A stretch of 62,802 nucleotides of DNA, taken from assembly GCA_964411925.1 (NCBI GenBank), contig CAYPNI010000005.1, forward strand, positions 1-62,802, in the 5' to 3' direction. Origin of the DNA: an uncultured Nitrospirales bacterium (GTDB lineage: Bacteria > Hydrogenedentota > Hydrogenedentia > Hydrogenedentales > GCA-2746185). Under the pieces are notes generated by a model that saw only the letters and a list, made by a program, of their open reading frames with translations, ran no database searches and had not been told where the DNA came from. Each line of letters starts with the position of its first letter. The stretch's first letter is position 1. Positions 1 through 7,721 of this stretch are shown here, in pieces. A program made the translations under genes and the position numbers.

Positions 1-2
1 CC

Positions 3-93
<91 letters not shown>

Positions 94-193
94 TATTGCC
101 AATTAACTCGTGCGGGAAACGTCAGTTTGTAGTGGCGGCCAGATACATGATGCACTGAGTCGGGCCGATGCGCATCCCAAGGAGGATTGTCTC

Positions 194-1492
194 ATGAGCC
201 AAAAGATTTCACGGCGCGGGTTTCTTGCCCGCGCAGCGGCGGCCGCCACCGCACCGCTAATCCTTCCCGCTTGCGCACACGTTCGAAGGACTACCGTCGC
301 GCCGTCGGAACGCATCACCGTCGCGGGAATCGGGCTCCGAAGCCGGGGTTTCCACGATCTCCGTTGGTTGATGAGCAAAGACGACGTGCAATTCGTTGCG
401 ATCTGCGATGTGCAGAAGCGAGAGCGCGACCGGATCAAGGCCCATGTCGACGAAGCGTACGGGAACTCCGACTGCGACCAATACACGGACATGCGCGAGA
501 TGCTGGAGCGCGACGACATCGACGCGGTGCTCATCGCTACCGGCGACCGCTGGCACGCGCCGGCGTCCATCCTGGCGATGCGCGCCGGGAAAGACGTCTA
601 CACGGAGAAGCCGTCGTGCATGACCGTCGAAGAGGGCCGTGCCGTCGTGGAGACGGCGAAGAAACACCGCCGCATCTACCAGACCGGCACGCAGCGCCTC
701 AGCGAAGAGCATCACGCGTTCTGCTACCAGATGGTCCAGTCGGGTCGTATGGGCGACGTGCACACGGCCTACGCGCACATCGCGCCGTGGGATGCTGCCA
801 AGATGAAGCGAAACGTGCTCCCGGCCCAGGAACAACCCCCGAAAGACATCGTCGATTGGGATGCCTGGCTGGGTCCCTGCCCGTGGCGGCCCTACAACGA
901 GAAATACGTGAATGGCGAGTGGCGCGGCGATTACGACTTTCACACGAGTTGCATCGGCGAATGGGGCGCCCACACGTTTGCCCAGGCCCAGTACGGGTTG
1001 GGACTGGAAGACACATCGCCGGTGAAATACGAGTATGTCGACAATGATTCCGGTGACGGCATGGTCTGCACGTTTGCCAATGGAAAGAGGCTGATCCTCT
1101 CCCGCGGCGATAAGTACTGGCACGGGTCCTGTGGTGAACGATTCGTGAGCGAGCGTGGGTGGGTCGGCGCGGCGGACAACTATACCCGGGCCGAAGCGTC
1201 GTCGCCCGAATTGCTGGAAAACTACAGCCAGGTGATCAACGAGTACGTCGAGAGGACGGGCCGTTCGCTCGACCACATGCAGGATTTCCTGGATTGCGTG
1301 CGGTCGCGCAAACAGACCGTGGCCAATCCGAGCATGATGCACCGATCGATGACGACCGTCCACTGCGCCAATGTCGCGATGTGGCTCGAACGGGATGTGG
1401 AGTACAACCCAAAGAAGGAGCGCTTCGTCGGCGACGAAGAAGCAAATGCGTTGCTCTCACGCGAAAAGCGAAAACCGTGGGACTTCGTCTGA
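194..1492 (+). CDS. Gfo/Idh/MocA family oxidoreductase with Tat signal peptide
   Basis: GGAGGA RBS at 181-186 before ATG 194; SRRGFL twin-arginine motif; GIGLRSRG Rossmann start, DAVLIATGDRWH, GKDVYTEKP and YQTGTQR family motifs. Confidence 0.9.
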   Translation: MSQKISRRGFLARAAAAATAPLILPACAHVRRTTVAPSERITVAGIGLRSRGFHDLRWLMSKDDVQFVAICDVQKRERDRIKAHVDEAYGNSDCDQYTDMREMLERDDIDAVLIATGDRWHAPASILAMRAGKDVYTEKPSCMTVEEGRAVVETAKKHRRIYQTGTQRLSEEHHAFCYQMVQSGRMGDVHTAYAHIAPWDAAKMKRNVLPAQEQPPKDIVDWDAWLGPCPWRPYNEKYVNGEWRGDYDFHTSCIGEWGAHTFAQAQYGLGLEDTSPVKYEYVDNDSGDGMVCTFANGKRLILSRGDKYWHGSCGERFVSERGWVGAADNYTRAEASSPELLENYSQVINEYVERTGRSLDHMQDFLDCVRSRKQTVANPSMMHRSMTTVHCANVAMWLERDVEYNPKKERFVGDEEANALLSREKRKPWDFV

Positions 1493-1738
1493 GCCGTTCG
1501 CGGGAAACGGCCCGAGCCTAGGAGACGTCGTCGCCTGTTCTTGTACATGCCGCAAATCGCCTGCTCTCACTCGAGATTTCCCTGTTGCCTGGAACAAACT
1601 CCCCGATACCCGATCCATAATCCCCTGTTAATTTTAGGAGAGATTCCGGGAACCAACGGCGCAAGACCGGGGGCGAAGGGAGGTTGCCAGGCTAAGGTCT
1701 GAAACTTTCAATCGGTATTCGCCGATACTTCTCTGTAT

Positions 1739-1804
1739 TTTCCCTGATAGCAGGGAATTGGACCGTAGAGAAAAGTTCGTCGATGACTCGCAACACCGCC
1801 ATCC
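1739..1804. repeat. Intergenic ~66-bp direct repeat, copy 1 (TTCCCTG-N4-CAGGGAA palindrome plus tRNA-3'-like tail); att-like scar
   Basis: TTTCCCTGATAGCAGGGAATTGGACCGTAGAGAAAAGTTCGTCGATGACTCGCAACACCGCCATCC aligns with 9903-9967 at 54/66 positions (one gap, by hand). Perfect inverted repeat TTCCCTG/CAGGGAA at 1740-1757. Ends in CCGCCAT, identical to tRNA-Ser 88-94. Confidence 0.8.
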
Positions 1805-1936
1805 AGTCACCTCATCGCGAGCAGTCGCCGGGTTGGGGATTGAGTAACGTCTAAATTCTTGACGACCACCGGCTTTTTATCGTTATCCCGTCCTGATAGG
1901 GTAGTTGACTCAACTGAGAAGTAATACGCTTGGGCC

Positions 1937-4900
1937 ATGCGTTCTCAAGACTCGATCGCGGACGAATTCGGCGCCTCCCGGGAGCGGGTTCTTACTCTGG
2001 TGTTTACAGATCTCGCGGGATCGACCGCGCTCAAGTCTGAGCTGGGGGATCGCGCCGTCGCGGGGCTCCTTGCGCGGCACCGGGCTCACATCGAACAACT
2101 GGCTGCGGCACGCGATGGACGGGTGATCGACTGGGCTGGCGACGGCTGTTTCCTGACTTTTGAAACGTCGAGCGCGGCGGTCTTGTTCGCGTTGGCATTG
2201 CAGCAAGTTCACGCGACGGAATCCGATCTGCCGGGCGTACGCATTGGAGTTCATCTCGGGGAAATTACGGAGTCATCGCCGCGCGGAGGAGGTGCGACTC
2301 GGGTCGAAGGTCTCGCGGTCGATCTCGCCGCCCGCGTATGTTCATTGGCTCGCCCCAGCCAAGTGTTGATGTCCTCCTTCGTGTTCAACAATGTTCGCCA
2401 ACGAATACGCGGTGAAAACCTGGGGATCGCCATCGCGTGGCGCGCGCATGGACCGTACGAACTAAACGGATTCGACGATCCTTTCGAGATCTGCGAGGCG
2501 GGGATCGTCGGAATCGCTCCGCTCGAACCACCGGTTGGCGGCGAGAAGGCGCATCGAGCGGTGACACCGGGCGAGGAAGACTCGTTTGGCTGGCGCCCGG
2601 CGGTCGGACTCAATGTACAACGCCGTGATCACTGGGTGCTCGAGGAACAGCTCGGCCAAGGTGGATTCGGCGAAGTGTGGCTTGCGGTACATGCGAAGAC
2701 ACGGGCAAAGCGAGTATTTAAGTTCTGCTTCGAGCCTGAGCGCGTGCGCGCACTCAAGCGTGAGGTAGTCCTGTTTCGCCTGCTCAAAGAAACTCTTGGC
2801 AACCGTACCGACATTGCACAGATTGTTGATTGGGATTTTGAACACACTCCGTACTTCATCGAATCGGAGTACACCGAGGGCGGTGATCTGCGCGTCTGGG
2901 CCGCCGCACAGGGCGGACTGGATCAGGTTCCACTCGGGACGCGTCTCGAACTGATCGCGCAAGTCGCCGTGGCGCTTGCCGCCGCCCACAGCGTTGGAGT
3001 GTTGCACAAGGACATAAAGCCCGCAAACGTGCTCATCAGCGATTCGGACGGAAGTTCCGCCCCTCGCGTAGTGCTCACGGACTTCGGCATCGGACTCATT
3101 ACAGATCCGGCGGCGCTGGCTGCGCGCGGAATTACGGCGGTTGGCCTGACGCTCACGCTTTCCGGCGCCTCGACGTCGGAGACGGGGGCGGGTACCCGGT
3201 TGTATGTCGCGCCCGAGTTGCTGGAGGGCAAACCCGCGACGACGTTGAGCGACATCTACTCCGTAGGCGTGGTCTTGTATCAAATGGTCATTGGCGATTT
3301 CACGCACGCGATTGGCACGGGCTGGGAACGGGATGTAGCCGACGAGTTATTGCGCGAGGATATGGCCGCCTGCCTGGACGGCGATCCCGCCCGCAGGCTG
3401 CGCAGCGCGGGTGAGCTCGCAGAGCGTCTGCGCACTCTAAAGTCGCGGCGCGCCGAACGGCACGCACGGCGAGAGATCGAGCGGCAAGCCGAGCATACCC
3501 GCCGACGCCGACGGCAACTTTCGTTCATCGTGGGTGTAGTCTCGGCCATCGCAATTATGGCCGGTCTGTTTTCCTGGCAATTGTACCGGCGGGCCGAGAG
3601 CGAGCGTGGCCTCAACCTCGAAGCACAGGCCGCGCGGAGTGCCGCCGAACAGCAGTTGTACTACGCCCAAATTCAACTTGCCGCGAGCCAGATCGGCCAG
3701 GGTCGTCTGGAGAGCGCGATTCTCGCGCTCGAGAATTCACCCGCGGCTCACCGTAATTGGGAATGGGGTTACCTGGTCCATCTTGCGTTCTCCGATCTAC
3801 TGGCTCCACGCCAATCGACGCCGGCGACCGATGTGGCCACGGTGAATTCCGCGGAGCTATGGCGTGGCTCCCGTGCGGTGAACGCTACCTCCTGGCGCGA
3901 ACACGCCACCGAGATCAACATGATTCATCTGCCGGACGAAGGTACCGTGTTCAGTGTGTCGGACGACGGCACGCTGCGCGCTTGGGATCTGGTCACTGGA
4001 AAATTGGTGCGCACATTCGGCGATGGAAACGACGCCCTTTTCTGCGTCGACTACCACGCTGGAACTGACCGCGTCACGGCGGCAGGATTCGACGGGATTC
4101 TTTACGTCTGGGACGCGAAGACGGGCAACGTACTGTGTGCGGAGGAGGTGCCCGCATCCAGTGCTATTTTCGATGTCGCGATCGATCCGGCTGGCAGAAG
4201 GATTTACACGGCGAGCACCGGTATGGTCGGGGTGTTTGACCTTGAAGAAAAAGCCTTTCTGAAACCTTTTGGTTGCGATGGCGTCGTGTCCGATCTGGCA
4301 ATCGATGCTGAAGGACGCCGACTGACCGCGGTCTCGCTAAATGGCCACGTCATGTCCTGGGATGCGGAATCGCGGGTCCCGGGAACTGTCGTGCGCAATC
4401 CCGGTGTAGAGAATTCGACTTCTGCGATTTTCAGCCCCGGGTTGGATTTGATCCTGTCCGGATTACCGGATGGAAACGCAGTCCTCTGGGACGCACGAAC
4501 CGGCGATGTGAAGTGCAAAATCGCCGGCAAGGTTCCACCGATTACTCACGTCGCATCCTTCAGTCCCGATAGCGCGGCTGTTGCTGTGCCCGATGGACGC
4601 AACGGCGCGGCGGTCTACGAAACCGAGACCGGAGTTCTGCTTGCCCGGCTAGAAGTCCCCGATGACGGAATTCGCTCAGTTGCGTTTCATCCGAAGGGGC
4701 GGCAGGTGCTCGTCGGCGGCGTACAGGGGACGTTGCGTGTGTGGGAACCAGCATCCCAGGATTTGGGGATCGATTCCAACGTCCTGCGAGGTCATACCGA
4801 CACGATCTACTTCGCTGCGTTCAGTCCTGACGGCCGTCGGCTCGCGTCAGCCTCTTTCGACCATACGGTACGGGTGTGGGATGTCGAGACCGGGCGCGAG

Positions 4901-5902
4901 ACAGCAGTTCTCGACGAGCACCCTACGGAAGCCCTTCACGCCACTTTCTCAACCGACGGCCGTTATCTCCGCACGCAGGGCACCGATCACACTGTGCGGG
5001 TCTGGGATGCGCATCGCTTCGACCTTCTGCACACGATTGTCGCCGACCCCGAGCATCAATGGGCCATCGCATCGCAGCGCATCCGTGCTGTCGACATGAT
5101 GGGAGGGGCGGCGATGTTGGGCACCATGATCGATCCGTCGTCCTCCAGAATCAGCGTGAACCTCCGCGACAGTCTGGGCATTTACGACTGCGCCTCCGGC
5201 AAACAGGTCGCCGATTTTCACCGTGACGGATTCCGCGCGGGCTTCCAAGCCTTCAGCCCTGACGGCCGCATTGTCGTTTCCACTTCGACCGGCACCGACG
5301 TATGGGCCATCGACGCGGCGACCGGGTCTCTGCTTCATCAATTCGAAGGACACACCGGACCGGTAACCATGCCCTCCGTTTCACCCGATGGCCGCCGGGC
5401 CGTAACGGGCAGTTTCGACAAGTCGATCCGTGTGTGGGACCTCATCAACGGAGGTGAGCTTCGCAAGTTCGAAGGCCACCAGGCTTTTGTTGTGACCGCG
5501 CGTTTCGATGCGAGCAGCACACACGTGCTCAGCTCCTCTGGCGATGGCACGGCGCGCATCTGGGACATTGAATCAGGCAAGGAAGTGGCGCGCCTCTCTG
5601 GTCATGGCGGTATGTTGATCAACGCAGACTACAGCCCCCGCGGAGATCGCATTCTCACCTACGGATGGGACAACACCGCCAAGGTGTGGGACACCAGCGG
5701 CCGCGAACTCGTCACGATCCCGATGCCGAAAGGGATCGTGCACGGCATCTGGAGCCCGGACGGCCATACGCTGGCGCTCAGCGGCACGGACGGCCGCCTG
5801 CACCTCGTGCGTGCGCTTCCCTGGGAGAATTTTGGTCAGGAATACAACGGCGAACACTGGCTTAGAAACGCGATCGCACAGTGGGTCCAGGAGAGAGAAT
5901 GA
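1937..5902 (+). CDS. Multidomain membrane receptor: class III nucleotide cyclase + Ser/Thr protein kinase + TM helix + WD40 beta-propellers
   Basis: Cyclase motifs FTDLAGST, AGDG, RIGVHLG, AVDLAAR; kinase motifs GQGGFGEVW, HKDIKPAN, DFG, APE, SDIYSVG; TM segment LSFIVGVVSAIAIMAGLFSW; many GH..(F)SPDG..(S)xDxTxRVWD WD40 repeats. Confidence 0.9.
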   Translation: MRSQDSIADEFGASRERVLTLVFTDLAGSTALKSELGDRAVAGLLARHRAHIEQLAAARDGRVIDWAGDGCFLTFETSSAAVLFALALQQVHATESDLPGVRIGVHLGEITESSPRGGGATRVEGLAVDLAARVCSLARPSQVLMSSFVFNNVRQRIRGENLGIAIAWRAHGPYELNGFDDPFEICEAGIVGIAPLEPPVGGEKAHRAVTPGEEDSFGWRPAVGLNVQRRDHWVLEEQLGQGGFGEVWLAVHAKTRAKRVFKFCFEPERVRALKREVVLFRLLKETLGNRTDIAQIVDWDFEHTPYFIESEYTEGGDLRVWAAAQGGLDQVPLGTRLELIAQVAVALAAAHSVGVLHKDIKPANVLISDSDGSSAPRVVLTDFGIGLITDPAALAARGITAVGLTLTLSGASTSETGAGTRLYVAPELLEGKPATTLSDIYSVGVVLYQMVIGDFTHAIGTGWERDVADELLREDMAACLDGDPARRLRSAGELAERLRTLKSRRAERHARREIERQAEHTRRRRRQLSFIVGVVSAIAIMAGLFSWQLYRRAESERGLNLEAQAARSAAEQQLYYAQIQLAASQIGQGRLESAILALENSPAAHRNWEWGYLVHLAFSDLLAPRQSTPATDVATVNSAELWRGSRAVNATSWREHATEINMIHLPDEGTVFSVSDDGTLRAWDLVTGKLVRTFGDGNDALFCVDYHAGTDRVTAAGFDGILYVWDAKTGNVLCAEEVPASSAIFDVAIDPAGRRIYTASTGMVGVFDLEEKAFLKPFGCDGVVSDLAIDAEGRRLTAVSLNGHVMSWDAESRVPGTVVRNPGVENSTSAIFSPGLDLILSGLPDGNAVLWDARTGDVKCKIAGKVPPITHVASFSPDSAAVAVPDGRNGAAVYETETGVLLARLEVPDDGIRSVAFHPKGRQVLVGGVQGTLRVWEPASQDLGIDSNVLRGHTDTIYFAAFSPDGRRLASASFDHTVRVWDVETGRETAVLDEHPTEALHATFSTDGRYLRTQGTDHTVRVWDAHRFDLLHTIVADPEHQWAIASQRIRAVDMMGGAAMLGTMIDPSSSRISVNLRDSLGIYDCASGKQVADFHRDGFRAGFQAFSPDGRIVVSTSTGTDVWAIDAATGSLLHQFEGHTGPVTMPSVSPDGRRAVTGSFDKSIRVWDLINGGELRKFEGHQAFVVTARFDASSTHVLSSSGDGTARIWDIESGKEVARLSGHGGMLINADYSPRGDRILTYGWDNTAKVWDTSGRELVTIPMPKGIVHGIWSPDGHTLALSGTDGRLHLVRALPWENFGQEYNGEHWLRNAIAQWVQERE

Positions 5903-7686
5903 TGCGCGTTCGATACTCGATCGTCGTAGTGCTGGCCTGCGGTTACCTCCTCACCGCTTGCGCGCATCTCGAATCGCTCCCGAAATCCTCCGGCCCCGAC
6001 GTCCCGCACGTCGAATCGGGTCTGTCTCGCGCAGATCTCGAAACCTTTTACGAACTGCCCATGGGCACGGGCATCTTCGAGTTCCACGGGTTTATGGCCA
6101 TTCGCGATCCGAAGACCGGTGAACTGTTCGCAAAAAACCTCGAACGTTTTGGATTTCTTGCGGATCCGGATTCACCTACTGGCCTTCCCGTTGGGATGAC
6201 CGTCGAGCGGCCGGCCGGCGTGCCTTTTGAGATGATCGGACTCAATTGTGCCGCGTGTCACACGGCCGAGTTCCGTTACAACGGTCAATCGTTCCGCGTG
6301 GACGGCGCGCCGAACCGCATCGATCTTTTCGCGTTCAAGCAGGACCTTGTGAACGCCGCCGAGCATACACTGCACCATCCCGAAGCCGGTTTTGTGCTGT
6401 TGTTACAAATGGCACACGACCATGCATCCACCAAGAAACTGCTTCGCGAAGTAGAAAGCCGTGATGAATTGCTTGAACAAGGGGACTTGGGCAAGGCACT
6501 GTCGGATGAAATCAACATGGTGGTAGAGCGCGATTCGCAAGCCCACCAAAATGCGGACGTTGCGTTGCCTGAGTTTGCATACTCGACCGACAACTCGGCA
6601 GCGCATCTGGCCGGGTTGAACGCGCGCGATGGCGGGCCGCTCGATCAGGATGATCCCAAGCGCCGCCATCGCCACGTGGAAGACACGCTCGACGAGTGGG
6701 AACGCAACGTACGACTCTTCTCGAGCTGGGTACACATCGTCAAAGCGAATCTTCGTACACCGGCCGGGATGACGCCTCCGGGACCGGGCCGCGCCGACGC
6801 ATGGGGTGCGGTGCGAAACGTGCTGTTCGATCAACGGCCCCTGACGGCGCCCGCCTCGATCCCGCCGATTTGGGGTGTGGGTTCGTACGAGTGGTTTCAG
6901 TGGAACGGCACGACCAATACCAACGTACAGCGCGGTATCGCAGCGGCGATCGGCGCCGGCGCCTATTTCGACAGACGGACCGGCGAGTCTCCGATCAGGG
7001 TGGACAATATCTTCAGACTCGAAGGTCTGGCGACGGCGATGCACCCACCTCGCTGGCCTGATGTGTTTCCTGCTATCGACGCGACCAAGGCCGACCGCGG
7101 CCGCGTACTCTACGAGGCGAAATGCGCTCGCTGCCACAACGCCTCGACGACTACCGAAGGTGGCCTGATACGGTTCCCTGAATATACGGTCGAAGAGACG
7201 GGCACCGATCCCAACTATGTCCGCAATTTCGCTGAGCCAGCAGGCGATCAGTCCTATGTGTCGCGGCTCGGAGAGTTCATGGGGAAGATGGAGGAACAGT
7301 ATTACCGGGCTCACACGGTGTCGGCGGCGACGCGCGCAGAGTGGGAGCCCGCGTCGCGCCGTCCGGGGCAGTGGCGCGCACCCCTCTCATATCCGGCACG
7401 TTCCCTGGCGGGTGTGTGGTCGACGGCGCCCTACTTGCACAATGACTCAGTACCCACGCTCCACGATTTGCTCTTGCCGGCACAACAACGACCCGCGCGG
7501 TTCTACACGGGCTCGCGTGAGTTCGATCCGCAGCGCGTCGGCTATCTTTCGGACGCTGGTGCGCCGGGGGCAAGCTTTGAATTCGACACCGGCCTGTCGG
7601 GAAATTCAAATGCAGGACATGACTACGGCAGCGAACTGTCCGATGCCGAGCGCTGGGACCTGATTGAATACCTGAAGACGCAGTGA
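5899..7686 (+). CDS. Di-haem cytochrome c, RoxA/cytochrome c peroxidase-like, predicted lipoprotein (paralogue 1)
   Basis: ATG 5899 overlaps upstream TGA (ATGA coupling); lipobox LTAC; CXXCH motifs CAACH (6247-6261) and CARCH (7123-7137); PGRADAWG and WSTAPYLHNDSVPTL motifs typical of the RoxA/MauG-CCP fold. Confidence 0.82.
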   Translation: MMRVRYSIVVVLACGYLLTACAHLESLPKSSGPDVPHVESGLSRADLETFYELPMGTGIFEFHGFMAIRDPKTGELFAKNLERFGFLADPDSPTGLPVGMTVERPAGVPFEMIGLNCAACHTAEFRYNGQSFRVDGAPNRIDLFAFKQDLVNAAEHTLHHPEAGFVLLLQMAHDHASTKKLLREVESRDELLEQGDLGKALSDEINMVVERDSQAHQNADVALPEFAYSTDNSAAHLAGLNARDGGPLDQDDPKRRHRHVEDTLDEWERNVRLFSSWVHIVKANLRTPAGMTPPGPGRADAWGAVRNVLFDQRPLTAPASIPPIWGVGSYEWFQWNGTTNTNVQRGIAAAIGAGAYFDRRTGESPIRVDNIFRLEGLATAMHPPRWPDVFPAIDATKADRGRVLYEAKCARCHNASTTTEGGLIRFPEYTVEETGTDPNYVRNFAEPAGDQSYVSRLGEFMGKMEEQYYRAHTVSAATRAEWEPASRRPGQWRAPLSYPARSLAGVWSTAPYLHNDSVPTLHDLLLPAQQRPARFYTGSREFDPQRVGYLSDAGAPGASFEFDTGLSGNSNAGHDYGSELSDAERWDLIEYLKTQ

Positions 7687-7721
7687 GCGGATACCGATCG
7701 CATGAAATGCGGAGACCATCG

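Noticed and set aside
1493-1511. GCCGTT/AACGGC hairpin after the oxidoreductase, and GCCGCCG/CGGCGGC at 27236-27252, as intrinsic terminators
   Set aside because: Short stems with no U-tract; not enough support to annotate.
1937-2400. Cyclase as part of a Pycsar/CBASS anti-phage system
   Set aside because: No adjacent cNMP-binding TIR or 2TM effector, and the domain is embedded in a receptor kinase. Only the specificity question is kept.
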